DNA of 64,000 bases from the NCBI GenBank assembly GCA_012295275.1, contig CM022676.1, forward strand, positions 1,054,001-1,118,000. The letters run 5' to 3'. Source of the stretch: Chrysomallon squamiferum (Eukaryota; Animalia; Mollusca). Made by a program: the position numbers and the translations under genes. This document shows positions 41,201 through 55,311 of this stretch, piece after piece. Positions within the stretch are counted from its first letter, which is position 1. Every line of letters begins with the position of its first letter. Below the pieces are notes generated by a model. That model was not told where the DNA came from and ran no database searches. It was given only the letters and a program-made list of their open reading frames with translations.

Positions 41201-41809
41201 GAATATGTGAGCCTCCATTCTTCTCCGCTTTCGCAATCTCTCCTCGTCGTCGTACGCGCGCAGTGCACACGGTGCTGTTTGTTTAAGCAGTACTACGTCC
41301 TAAGCGATCAGAGTGAATTCTCTGCTTTCGCCATGTGTGTTTAATTTTTTGTGAGCGCGGACGTGACAGAGAATCGTAAATGGTTCTCTGTCACGTCCGC
41401 TCTCAAAGTTCAAGGTCGCGGATTTCAATAAGAAATTAAGACACTATGCTGTTCATGGTAGGTAAAGTAGATGTATTTCGATTAAAGAATAACCTAGACG
41501 ATGCGAAAAGCCTGCGTGCTTCTCCGGTTTCCCAATCTCTCTTCATCGTTCTCAGCTGACAGCGAGCGCGGTGCTGTTCGTGTACAGAGAACTATGATCG
41601 AAGCAAAGAGACTAATACTGCGGAATATGTGAGCCTCCATTCTTCTCCGCTTTCGCAATCTCTCCTCGTCGTCGTACGCGCGCAGTGCACGCGGTGCTGT
41701 TTGTTTAAGCAGTAATACGTCCTAAGCGATCAGAGTGAATTCTCTGCTTTCGCCATGTGTTTAATTTTTTGTGAGCGCGGACGTGACAGAGAATCGTAAA
41801 TGGTTCTCT
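35293..41809. repeat. 422-bp CpG-rich tandem array, 15 full units plus a partial one, each with a 17-bp perfect inverted repeat
   Basis: Unit anchors CTCGTCGTCG at 35297, 35755, 36179, 36601, 37023, 37445, 37867, 38289, 38709, 39131, 39553, 39975, 40399, 40821, 41243 and 41665. Confidence 0.96.
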
Positions 41810-42009
41810 NNNNNNNNNNNNNNNNNNNNNNNNNNNNNNNNNNNNNNNNNNNNNNNNNNNNNNNNNNNNNNNNNNNNNNNNNNNNNNNNNNNNNNNNNNN
41901 NNNNNNNNNNNNNNNNNNNNNNNNNNNNNNNNNNNNNNNNNNNNNNNNNNNNNNNNNNNNNNNNNNNNNNNNNNNNNNNNNNNNNNNNNNNNNNNNNNNN
42001 NNNNNNNNN
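41810..42009. other. Assembly gap (200 N)
   Basis: N run. Confidence 0.99.
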
Positions 42010-45000
42010 GTAAGTAAGTACTTAACTAATGACCTAAGTTAGCAAAGGAAGAGAATAGTAACCTAAGTAAGTACATTTACCAATTATCTAAATAACAAAT
42101 AAATTAAGTAAGTAAGTAAATAATGACCTAAGTAAGCAAGGATGCAACTTTCTAAGGAAGTGAGAATGGAAGTAAGTACATTAACAATTATCTAAGTAAT
42201 AAATAAATTAAGTAATTACGTAAATAATGACCTAAGTAAGCAAGGAAGCAAGTACCTAACTAAGAGAGAATGCAAGTCAGTACATTTACAATTATGTGAC
42301 TAAGAATGTAAGTAACTACTTAATTAATGTCCTAGGTTAGCAAGTAAGCGACTAAGTTAGTAAATAGTAACCTAAGTAAATACAATAACAATTATCTAAC
42401 TAAGAAAGAAAGTAAGTAAGTACGTAAATAATGATCTAAGTTGGCAAGGAAGCGAGCAACTAAGTGAAAATGCAAATTTGTACATTAACAATTATCTCAG
42501 TAACAACGTAAGTAAGTACGTAAATAATGACCAAAGTAAGCAAGAATGCAGCTTACTTAGTTAGTGAGAATGCAAGTAAGTACGTTAACAATTATATAAG
42601 TAAGAAATAAATTTAGTACTTACCTAAATAATGACCTAAGTAAGCAAGGAAACAAGTAACTAAGAAAGTGAGAATGCAAGTCAGTACATTAACAATTATG
42701 TGAGTAAGAATGTAAGTAAGTACTTAACTAATGACCTAAGTTAGCAAGGAAGAGAATAAGTAAGTAAATAGTAACCTAAGTAAGTACATTACCAATTATC
42801 TAAATAACAAATAAATTAAGTAAGTAAGTAAATAATGACCTAAGTAAGCAAGGATGCAAGTTTCTAAGGAAGTGAGAATGCAAGTAAGTACATTAACAAT
42901 TATCTAAGTAATAAATAAATTAAGTAATTACGTAAATAATGACCTAAGTAAGCAAGGAAGCAAGTACCTAACTAAGAGAGAATGCAAGTCAGTACATTTA
43001 CAATTATGTGACTAAGAATGTAAGTAACTACTTAATTAATGTGCTAGGTTAGAAAGTAAGCGACTAAGTTAGTAAATAGTAACCTAAGTAAATACAATAA
43101 CAATTATCTAACTAAGAAAGAAAGTAAGTAAGTACGTAAATAATGATCTAAGTTGGCAAGGAAGCGAGCAACTAAGTGAAAATGCAAATTTGTACATTAA
43201 CAATTATCTCAGTAACAACGTAAGTAAGTACGTAAATAATGACCAAAGTAAGCAAGAATGCAGCTTACTTAGTTAGTGAGAATGCAAGTAAGTACGTTAA
43301 CAATTATCTAAGTAAGAAATAAATTTAGTACTTACCTAAATAATGACCTAAGTAAGCAAGGAAACAAGTAACTAAGAAAGTGAGAATGCAAGTCAGTACA
43401 TTAACAATTATGTGAGTAAGAATGTAAGTAAGTACTTAGCTAATGACCTAAGTTAGCAAGGAAGAGAATAAGTAAGTAAATAGTAACCTAAGTAAGTACA
43501 TTACCAATTATCTAAATAACAAATAAATTAAGTAAGTAAGTAAATAATGACCTAAGTAAGCAAGGATGCAAGTTTCTAAGGAAGTGAGAATGGAAGTAAG
43601 TACATTAACAATTATCTAAGTAATAAATAAATTAAGTAATTACGTAAATAATGACCTAAGTAAGCAAGGAAGCAAGTACCTAACTAAGAGAGAATGCAAG
43701 TCAGTACATTTACAATTATGTGACTAAGAATGTAAGTAACTACTTAATTAATGTGCTAGGTTAGCAAGTAAGCGACTAAGTTAGTAAATAGTAACCTAAG
43801 TAAATACAATAACAATTATCTAACTAAGAAAGAAAGTAAGTAAGTACGTAAATAATGATCTAAGTTGGGAAGGAAGCGAGCAACTAAGTGAAAATGCAAA
43901 TTTGTACATTAACAATTATCTCAGTAACAACGTATGTAAGTACGTAAATAATGACCTAAGTAAGCAAGGATGGAACTTACTTAGTTAGTGAGAATGCAAG
44001 GTAGTACGTTAACAATTATCTGAGTAAGAAATAAATTTAGTACTTACCTAAATAATGACCTAAGTAAGCAAGGAAGCAAGTACCTAAGTAAGAGAGAATG
44101 ACAGTCAGTACATTGACAATTATGTGAATAAGAATGTAAGTAAGTACTTAATTAATATCCTAGGTTAGCAAGTAAGCGAGTAAGTTAGTAAAGAGTAACC
44201 TAAGTATGTACATTATCAATTATCTAAATAACAAATAAATTAATTAAGTAAGTAAATAATGACCTAAGTATTCAAAGATGCAGCTTACTTAGTTAGTGAG
44301 AATGCAAGTAAGAACCTTAACAATTATCTAAGTAAGAAATAAATTTAGTACTTACCTAAATAATGACCTAAGTAAGGAAGGAAGCAAGTACCTAAGTAAG
44401 AGAGAATGCAAGTCAGTACATTGACAATTATGTGAATAAGAATGTAAGTAAGTACTTAATTAATATCCTAGGTTAGCAAGTAAGCGAGTAAGTTAGTAAA
44501 TAGCAACCTAAGTAAATACAATAACAATTATCTAACTAAGAAAGAAAGTAAGTAAGTACGTAAATAATGATCTAAGTTGGGAAGGAAGCGAGCAACTAAG
44601 TGAAAATGCAAATTTGTACATTAACAATTATCTCAGTAACAACGTATGTAAGTACGTAAATAATGACTTAAGTAAGCAAGGATGGAACTTAGTTAGTGAG
44701 AATGCAAGTAAGTACGTTAACAATTATCTAAGTAAGAAATAAATTTAGTACTTACCTAAATAATGACCTAAGTAAGCAAGGAAACAAGTAACTAAGAAAG
44801 TGAGAATGCAAGTCAGTACATTAACAATTATGTGAGTAAGAATGTAAGTAAGTACTTAGCTAATGACCTAAGTTAGCAAGGAAGAGAATAAGTAAGTAAA
44901 TAGTAACCTAAGTAAGTACATTACCAATTATCTAAATAACAAATAAATTAAGTAAGTAAGTAAATAATGACCTAAGTAAGCAAGGATGCAAGTTTCTAAG

Positions 45001-48000
45001 GAAGTGAGAATGGAAGTAAGTACATTAACAATTATCTAAGTAATAAATAAATTAAGTAATTACGTAAATAATGACCTAAGTAAGCAAGGAAGCAAGTACC
45101 TAAGTAAGAGAGAATGCAAGTCAGTACATTGACAATTATGTGAATAAGAATGTAAGTAAGTACTTAATTAATATCCTAGGTTAGCAAGTAAGCGAGTAAG
45201 TTAGTAAATAGCAACCTAAGTAAGTACATTAACAATTATCTAAATAACAAATAAATTAAGTAAGTAAGTAAATAATGACCTAAGTAAGCAAGGATGCAAG
45301 TTTCTAAGGAAGTGAGAATGGAAGTAAGTACATTAACAATTATCTAAGTAATAAATAAATTAAGTAATTACGTAAATAATGACCTAAGTAAGCAAGGAAG
45401 CAAGTACCTAACTAAGAGAGAATGCAAGTCAGTACATTTACAATTATGTGACTAAGAATGTAAGTAACTACTTAATTAATGTGCTAGGTTAGCAAGTAAG
45501 CGACTAAGTTAGTAAATAGTAACCTAAGTAAATACAATAACAATTATCTAACTAAGAAAGAAAGTAAGTAAGTACGTAAATAATGATCTAAGTTGGCAAG
45601 GAAGCGAGCAACTAAGTGAAAATGCAAATTTGTACATTAACAATTATCTCAGTAACAACGTAAGTAAGTACGTAAATAATGACCAAAGTAAGCAAGAATG
45701 CAGCTTACTTAGTTAGTGAGAATGCAAGTAAGTACGTTAACAATTATCTAAGTAAGAAATAAATTTAGTACTTACCTAAATAATGACCTAAGTAAGCAAG
45801 GAAGCAAGTACCTAAGTAAGAGAGAATGCAAGTCAGTACATTTACAATTATGTGAGTAAGAATGTAAGTAACTACTTAATTAATGTGCTAGGTTAGCAAG
45901 TAAGCGACTAAGTTAGTAAATAGTAACCTAAGTAAATACAATAACAATTATCTAACTAAGAAAGAAAGTAAGTAAGTACGTAAATAATGATCTAAGTTGG
46001 CAAGGAAGCGAGCAACTAAGTGAAAATGCAAATTTGTACATTAACAATTATCTCAGTAACAACGTAAGTAAGTACGTAAATAATGACCAAAGTAAGCAAG
46101 AATGCAGCTTACTTAGTGAGAATGCAAGTAAGTACGTTAACAATTATCTAAGTAAGAAATAAATTTAGTACTTACCTAAATAATGACCTAAGTAAGCAAG
46201 GAAACAAGTAACTAAGAAAGTGAGAATGCAAGTCAGTACATTAACAATTATGTGAGTAAGAATGTAAGTAAGTACTTAGCTAATGACCTAAGTTAGCAAG
46301 GAAGAGAATAAGTAAGTAAATAGTAACCTAAGTAAGTACATTACCAATTATCTAAATAACAAATAAATTAAGTAAGTAAGTAAATAATGACCTAAGTAAG
46401 CAAGGATGCAAGTTTCTAAGGAAGTGAGAATGGAAGTAAGTACATTAACAATTATCTAAGTAATAAATAAATTAAGTAATTACGTAAATAATGACCTAAG
46501 TAAGCAAGGAAGCAAGTACCTAACTAAGAGAGAATGCAAGTCAGTACATTTACAATTATGTGACTAAGAATGTAAGTAACTACTTAATTAATGTGCTAGG
46601 TTAGCAAGTAAGCGACTAAGTTAGTAAATACAATAACAATTATCTAACTAAGAAAGAAAGTAAGTAAGTACGTAAATAATGATCTAAGTTGGCAAGGAAG
46701 CGAGCAACTAGGTGAAAATGCAAATTTGTACATTAACAATTATCTCAGTAACAACGTATGTAAGTACGTAAATAATGACCTAAGTAAGCAAGGATGGAAC
46801 TTACTTAGTTCGTGAGAATGCAAGGTAGTACGTTAACAATTATCTAAGTAAGAAATAAATTTAGTACTTACCTAAATAATGACCTAAGTAAGCAAGGAAG
46901 CAAGTACCTAAGTAAGAGAGAATGCAAGTCAGTACATTGACAATTATGTGAGTAAGAATGTAAGTAAGTACTTAACTAATGACCTAAGTTAGCAAGGAAG
47001 AGAATAAGTAAGTAAATAGTAACCTAAGTAAGTACATTACCAATTATCTAAATAACAAATAAATTAAGTAAGTAAGTAAATAATGACCTAAGTAAGCAAG
47101 GATGCAAGTTTCTAAGGAAGTGAGAATGCAAGTCAGTACATTTACAATTATGTGACTAAGAATGTAAGTAACTACTTAATTAATGTGCTAGGTTAGCAAG
47201 TAAGCGACTAAGTTAGTAAATAGTAACCTAAGTAAATACAATAACAATTATCTAACTAAGAAAGAAAGTAAGTAAGTACGTAAATAATGATCTAAGTTGG
47301 CAAGGAAGCGAGCAACTAAGTGAAAATGCAAATTTGTACATTAACAATTATCTCAGTAACAACGTATGTAAGTACGTAAATAATGACCTAAGTAAGCAAG
47401 GATGCAAGTTTCTAAGGAAGTGAGAATGCAAGTAAGTACATTAACAATTATCTAAGTAAGAAATAAATTTAGTAATTACCTAAATAATGACCTAAGTAAG
47501 CAAGGAAACAAGTAACTAAGTAAGTGAGAATGCAAGTCAGTACATTAACAATTATGTGAGTAAGAATGTAAGTAAGTACTTAACTAATGACCTAAGTTAG
47601 CAAGGAAGAGAATAAGTAAGTAAATAGTAACCTAAGTAAGTACATTACCAATTATCTAAATAACAAATAAATTAAGTAAGTAAGTAAATAATGACCTAAG
47701 TAAGCAAGGATGCAAGTTTCTAAGGAAGTGAGAATGGAAGTAAGTACATTAACAATTATCTAAGTAATAAATAAATTAAGTAATTACGTAAATAATGACC
47801 TAAGTAAGCAAGGAAGCAAGTACCTAACTAAGAGAGAATGCAAGTCAGTACATTTACAATTATGTGACTAAGAATGTAAGTAACTACTTAATTAATGTCC
47901 TAGGTTAGCAAGTAAGCGACTAAGTTAGTAAATAGTAACCTAAGTAAATACAATAACAATTATCTAACTAAGAAAGAAAGTAAGTAAGTACGTAAATAAT

Positions 48001-51000
48001 GATCTAAGTTGGCAAGGAAGCGAGCAACTAAGTGAAAATGCAAATTTGTACATTAACAATTATCTCAGTAACAACGTAAGTAAGTACGTAAATAATGACC
48101 AAAGTAAGCAAGAATGCAGCTTACTTAGTTAGTGAGAATGCAAGTAAGTACGTTAACAATTATATAAGTAAGAAATAAATTTAGTACTTACCTAAATAAT
48201 GACCTAAGTAAGCAAGGAAACAAGTAACTAAGAAAGTGAGAATGCAAGTCAGTACATTAACAATTATGTGAGTAAGAATGTAAGTAAGTACTTAGCTAAT
48301 GACCTAAGTTAGCAAGGAAGAGAATAAGTAAGTAAATAGTAACCTAAGTAAGTACATTACCAATTATCTAAATAACAAATAAATTAAGTAAGTAAGTAAA
48401 TAATGACCTAAGTAAGCAAGGATGCAAGTTTCTAAGGAAGTGAGAATGGAAGTAAGTACATTAACAATTATCTAAGTAATAAATAAATTAAGTAATTACG
48501 TAAATAATGACCTAAGTAAGCAAGGAAGCAAGTACCTAACTAAGAGAGAATGCAAGTCAGTACATTTACAATTATGTGACTAAGAATGTAAGTAACTACT
48601 TAATTAATGTGCTAGGTTAGCAAGTAAGCGACTAAGTTAGTAAATAGTAACCTAAGTAAATACAATAACAATTATCTAACTAAGAAAGAAAGTAAGTAAG
48701 TACGTAAATAATGATCTAAGTTGGCAAGGAAGCGAGCAACTAAGTGAAAATGCAAATTTGTACATTAACAATTATCTCAGTAACAACGTAAGTAAGTACG
48801 TAAATAATGACCAAAGTAAGCAAGAATGCAGCTTACTTAGTTAGTGAGAATGTAAGTAAGTACGTTAACAATTATCTAAGTAAGAAATAAATTTAGTACT
48901 TACCTAAATAATGACCTAAGTAAGCAAGGAAACAAGTAACTAAGTAAAGTGAGAACGACCTAAGTCAGGAAGAGAAAACAATTATGTAAATAGTAATAAG
49001 TAAGTACAATTATGTAAGAATTATCTAACTAACGACCTAAGTTAGCAAGGAAGAGAATAAGTAAGTAAATAGTAACCTAAGTAAGTACATTACCAATTAT
49101 CTAAATAACAAATAAATTAAGTAAGTAAGTAAATAATGACCTAAGTAAGCAAGGATGCAAGTTTCATTTAACAATTAGTGTAAGAATGCAAGTAAAGCTA
49201 GATTAACAATTATCTAAGTAATAAATAAATTAAGTAATTACGTAAATAATGACCTAAGTAAGAAAAAAAATGTAAGGAAGCGTAAATAATGACCTAAGTT
49301 GGGAAGAGAGAATGCAAGTCAGTACATTTACAATTATGTGACTAAGAATGTAAGTAACTACTTAATTAATGTGCTAGGTTAGCAACTAAGTAAGTGAAAG
49401 TAAACAAGTTAGTAAATAGTAACCTAAGTAAATACAATAACAATTATCTAACTAAGAAAGAAAGTAAGTAAGTACGTAAATAATGATCTAAGTTGGGAAG
49501 GAAGCGAGCAACTAAGTGAAAATGCAAATTTGTACATTAACAATTATCTCAGTAACAACGTATGTAAGTACGTAAATAATGACTTAAGTAAGCAAGGATG
49601 GAACTTACTTAGTTCGTGAGAATGCAAGGTAGTACGTTAACAATTATCTGAGTAAGAAATAAATTTAGTACTTACCTAAATAATGACCTAAGTAAGCAAG
49701 GAAGCAAGTACCTAAGTAAGAGAGAATGACAGTCAGTACATTGACAATTATGTGAATAAGAATGTAAGTAAGTACTTAATTAATATCCTAGGTTAGCAAG
49801 TAAGCGAGTAAGTTAGTAAATAGCAACCTAAGTAAATACAATAACAATTATCTAACTAAGAAAGAAATAAATTAAATTAAGTTAAGTAAATAATGACCAA
49901 ACAAGCAAGGATGCAGCTTACTTAGTTAGTGAGAATGCAAGTAAGTACGTTAACAATTATCTAAGTAAGAAATAAATTTAGTACTTACCTAAATAATGAC
50001 CTAAGTAAGGAAGGAAGCAAGTACCTAAGTAAGAGAGAATGCAAGTCAGTACATTGACAATTATGTGAATAAGAATGTAAGTAAGTACTTAATTAATGTC
50101 CTAGGTTAGCAAGTAAGCGAGTAAGTTAGTAAATAGTAACCTAAGTAAATACAATAACAATTATCTAACTAAGAAAGAAAGTAAGTAAGTACGTAAATAA
50201 TGATCTAAGTTGGGAAGGAAGCGAGCAACTAAGTGAAAATGCAAATTTGTACATTAACAATTATCTCAGTAACAACGTAAGTAAGTACGTAAATAATGAC
50301 CTAAGTAAACAAAAGGATTGAACTCAGTTAGTGAGAATGCAAGGTAGTACGTTAACAATTATCTAAGTAAGAAATAAATTTAGTAATTACGTAAATAATG
50401 ACCTAAGTAAGCAAGGAAACAAGTAACTAAGTAAGTGAGAATGCAAGTCAGTACATTAACAATTATGTGAGTAAGAATGTAAGTAAGTACTTAACTAATG
50501 ACCTAAGTTAGCAAGGAAGAGAATAAGTAAGTAAATAGTAACCTAAGTAAGTACATTACCAATTATCTAAATATAACAAATAAATTAAGTAAGTAAGTAA
50601 AGAATGAGAAGCAAAAGCAAGGATTTTTGCATTAACAATTTCTAAGTAAGAACGTAAATAAGAAATGCTAATAATGACCGAAGTAAAGTATGCTACATTA
50701 ACAATTATCTAAGCAATAAGTACATTAACAATTATCTAAGTAATAAATAAATTAAGTAATTACGTAAATAATGACCTAAGTAAGCAAGGAAGCAAGTACC
50801 TAAGTAAGAGAGAATGCAAGTCAGTACATTGACAATTATGTGAATAAGAATGTAAGTAAGTACTTAATTAATATCCTAGGTTAGCAAGTAAGCGAGTAAG
50901 TTAGTAAATAGTAACCTAAGTAAGTACATTACCAATTATCTAAATAACAAATAAATTAAGTAAGTAAGTAAATAATGACCTAAGTAAGCAAGGATGCAAC

Positions 51001-53168
51001 TTTCTAAGGAAGTGAGAATGGAAGTAAGTACATTAACAATTATCTAAGTAATAAATAAATTAAGTAATTACGTAAATAATGACCTAAGTAAGCAAGGAAG
51101 CAAGTACCTAAGAGAGAATGCAAGTCAGTACATTTACAATTATGTGAGTAAGAATGTAAGTAACTACTTAATTAATGTGCTAGGTTAGCAAGTAAGCGAC
51201 TAAGTTAGTAAATAGTAACCTAAGTAAATACAATAACAATTATCTAACTAAGAAAGAAAGTAAGTAAGTACGTAAATAATGATCTAAGTTGGCAAGGAAG
51301 CGAGCAACTAAGTGAAAATGCAAATTTGTACATTAACAATTATCTCAGTAACAACGTATGTAAGTACGTAAATAATGACCAAAGTAAGCAAGAATGCAGC
51401 TTACTTAGTTAGTGAGAATGCAAGTAAGTACGTTAACAATTATCTAAGTAAGAAATAAATTTAGTACTTACCTAAATAATGACCTAAGTAAGCAAGGAAG
51501 CAAGTACCTAAGTAAGAGAGAATGCAAGTCAGTACATTTACAATTATGTGACTAAGAATGTAAGTAACTACTTAATTAATGTGCTAGGTTAGCAAGTAAG
51601 CGACTAAGTTAGTAAATAGTAACCTAAGTAAATACAATAACAATTATCTAACTAAGAAAGAAAGTAAGTAAGTACGTAAATAATGATCTAAGTTGGCAAG
51701 GAAGCGAGCAACTAAGTGAAAATGCAAATTTGTACATTAACAATTATCTCAGTAACAACGTAATTAAGTACGTAAATAATGACCTAAGTAAGCAAGGATG
51801 CAAGTTACTAAGTTAGTGAGAATGCAAGTAAGTACGTTAACAATTATCTAAGTAAGAAATAAATTTAGTACTTACGTAAATAATGAGCTAAGTAAGCAAG
51901 GAAACAAGTAACTAAGTAAGTGAGAATGCAAGTCAGTACATTAACAATTATGTGAGTAAGAATGTAAGTAAGTACTTAGATAATGACCTAAGTTAGCAAG
52001 GAAGAGAATAAGTAAGTAAATAGTAACCTAAGTAAGTACATTAACAATTATCTAACTAAGAAATAAATTAAGTAAGTAAGTAAATAATGACCTAAGTAAG
52101 CAAGGATGCAAGTTTCTAAGTAAGTGAGAATGCAAGTAAGTACATTAACAATTATCTAAGTAATAAATAAATTAAGTAATTACGTAAATAATGACCTAAG
52201 TAAGCAAGGAAGCAAGTAACTAAGTAAGTCAGAATGCAAGTCAGTACATTTACAATTATGTGAGTAAGAATGTAAGTAAGTACTTAACTAATGACCTAAG
52301 TTAGCAAGGAAGAGAATAAGTAAGTAAATAGTAACCTAAGTAAGTACATTAACAATTACCTAACTATGAAAGAAAGTAAGTACGTAAATAATGATCTAAG
52401 ATGGCAAGGAAGCGAGCAACTAAGAGAAAATGCAAATTTGTACATTAACAATTATCTAAGTAAGAACGTAATTAAGTACGTAAATAATGACCTAAGTAAG
52501 CAAGGATGCAAGTTACTAAGTTAGTGAGAATGCAAGTAAGTACGTTAACAATTATCTAAGTAAGAAATAAATTTAGTACTTACGTAAATAATGAGCTAAG
52601 TAAGCAAGGAAACAAGTAACTAAGTAAGTGAGAATGCAAGTCAGTACATTAACAATTATGTGAGTAAGAATGTAAGTAAGTACTTAACTAATGACCTAAG
52701 TTAGCAAGGAAGAGAATAAGTAAGTAAATAGTAACCTAAGTAAGTACATTAACAATTATCTAAGTAAGAAACAAATTAAGTAAGTTAGTAAATAATGACC
52801 TAAGTAAGCAACGAAGCAAGTAACTAAGTAAGTCAGAATGCAAGTCAGTACATTTACAATTATGTGAGTAAGAATGTAAGTAAGTACTTAACTAATGTCA
52901 TAAGTTAGCAAGGAAGCGAGTAAGTTAGTAAATAGTAACCTAAGTAAGTACATTAACAATTACCTAACTATGAAAGAAAGTAAGTACATAAATAATGATC
53001 TAAGATGGCAAGGAAGCGAGCAACTAAGAGAAAATGCAAATTTGTACATTAACAATTATCTAAGTAAGAACGTAATTAAGTACGTAAATAATGACCTAAG
53101 TAAGCAAGGATGCAAGTTACTAAGTTAGTGAGAATGCAAGTAAGTACATTAACAATTATCTAAGTAAC
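42010..53168 (+). repeat. AT-rich TAAG-based satellite with 100-104-bp monomers in a 7-mer 712-bp higher-order repeat
   Basis: CAATTAT anchors at 42793, 42897, 43001, 43101, 43201, 43301, 43405 and 43505; 47649 to 48361 is also 712 bp. Confidence 0.95.
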
Positions 53169-53259
53169 CACAATAGATACATCTTTATTATAACAACAGA
53201 TACATCTTTATTACCACAATAGATATATCCTTATACTCACTATATATATATATATAGTT

Positions 53260-53784
53260 GTATTTCAGAATATTAATAAATACAAAATGAAATAATAAAT
53301 ACTGATATTATAAAAACGATTCCATCAAATGACACAAAACATTATTTTATTTATTATATATATGATTTTTTCTTTGCTTTGTTTATATATATATATAAAA
53401 ATATGAATATTATAAAATTATAAAAAGAAACAAAATTCAATTAATTAAAAATTGCCAGAAAATTAAAAAAAGAAATAAATTTCAGAAATAATAAATACAA
53501 AATGAAATAATAAATACTGATATTATAAAAACGATTCTATCAAAAACACTGTCCGGAACCCATTCCGGATCCGGGATATGAACTTGAATTGGAAATGTTA
53601 TCCATCCATCCAAATCACACAAAAATGATTTTTTGATTTTTAATTTAACAACAATAAGCAAATAGACAGGATATAAATCAAACAATAAAAGAACCACTTT
53701 AAAACTTTTTCGAAGAATTAGTGGGTTTCACCCAAGGGACCTTAATGATATGATTTTTTTTTTCTTTATATATATATACAGACA

Positions 53785-53818
<34 letters not shown>

Positions 53819-54000
53819 TAAAAACCTGTGGTACTGAATGATTATAAAATTGTAAAAGAAACAAAATTCAATTAATTAAAAATTGCCAAATAAATTTCAG
53901 AATATTAATAAATACAAAATGAAATAATAAACACTGATATTATAAAAACGATTCAATCAAATGAGACAAAGAATTATTTTATTTACTGATTTTTTAATTA
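53260..54000 (+). repeat. Partial units of the ~910-bp microsatellite-bearing satellite
   Basis: Shares ATACAAAATGAAATAATAAATACTGATATTATAAAAACGATTC and the (CA)n block with 56.8-60.1 kb. Confidence 0.8.
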
Positions 54001-54048
54001 TGTAGCAGTATCATATTTTTTTTTTTTTTTTGAACACAGGAAGTAGAA

Positions 54049-55280
54049 CGTAACAGCTACGGGTGGGTTCAGACAATTTATTCGATGTCACACAAAAATG
54101 AAGACAAGGAAAAACACCCTACGAGGACAATAAAACAACAATAAATATCACATCATAGAGTACATATAGCATCAAGATATAGAATAATTTATGTATATAT
54201 ATAACATTTATATCACAATTTAAGCAAATGTATATCTATAATACTATTCATCTCATCATAAAAATAATGTAAATTGAATTATCTTGCTTTAAATCCTGAG
54301 TATTTAAATGCCAAACTATAAAAGCATTTGATAACATAAAGCAAATACATGTAATAAATACACTTGATTAACATGACAAATACAACTAGTCATATACCAC
54401 AGTTATACATGACAAACTGATATTTGACAAACATAATACATAAAAACTCATACCAGGTAGATGACACCTGGGTGTAAGAAACTGGATTCTCCAGTACACT
54501 GAACGAGAACAGGACAATCTACAAATCAAATACAAGACATATAAAAGAAACTACCGACAATTACACAATTAACACATCACATATCGCCAACCACGATGCA
54601 CCAAAACATGTCCACACACACATAAAAAATACACAATTCAAATACATATACACAATTGACATTTCATTCAGATTGTATGTTTTCTTTAAGCCAGCTATCT
54701 TGAACAAATGTTTATTCAATGTAATTTAATCCATATATCCAATATAAATAATAATTACTTTATATATTCATAAAGTAATTAAACAAGTACTTTCTAATGG
54801 TGTTAAATAATAATGCATGTATACAAAACATACATATATTAAATAAAACAAAATACAGACTAACCTTTCAGATAATATCCACTTTCAAATAATAAATTCA
54901 GTTCCACCTTTAAAAATGAAATCTGGCCTGACAGTATAATCTTAGCAGGAGAAATAAACCTGAACACTTGAGCCAAGTTGTTTATTCCCTGATGGGCTTG
55001 GGAGAGGAGTTTGGGAACAATAGTTAACACGCAAGGCAAGTAACGTGTGTTAGTACAGTGTAAGCTGAATGAAACAATCACCACAATGACAAGTTACCAG
55101 CCTATTGTTTGGCATAACCTGGCTAGGGATAAAATAAAACTTTAGTTACACAATAAGCTGACAGGAGGCAAGCTGTAAATAAAACCTTACATTAATGACA
55201 AAGCCTGCTAAAAAGCAAATATCTGCAAATAAAACATTAAATACAAATCCTAACTAAAACAAATACCACATACTTCCACA
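54049..55280 (-). mobile_element. Putative 3' LTR of a Gypsy element
   Basis: Minus strand: PPT AAGAGGGGGAAGTA then TGTGG at 55280; AATAAA near 54080; ends GTTACG (expected GTTACA). Confidence 0.6.
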
Positions 55281-55311
55281 TACTTCCCCCTCTTAAGAAA
55301 TGGCGTCCTCG

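Noticed and set aside
35293-41809. 422-bp array as a retrozyme, 5S/snRNA/tRNA cluster or CRISPR array
   Set aside because: No CUGANGA hammerhead core found on either strand, no recognisable structural RNA, and units are identical with no variable spacers
41771-42042. Poly-X ORFs
   Set aside because: Artefact of the N gap
48950-50720. Scrambled satellite patches (~48950-49400 and ~50580-50720) as novel monomers
   Set aside because: They look like interleaved monomer variants, more consistent with consensus error
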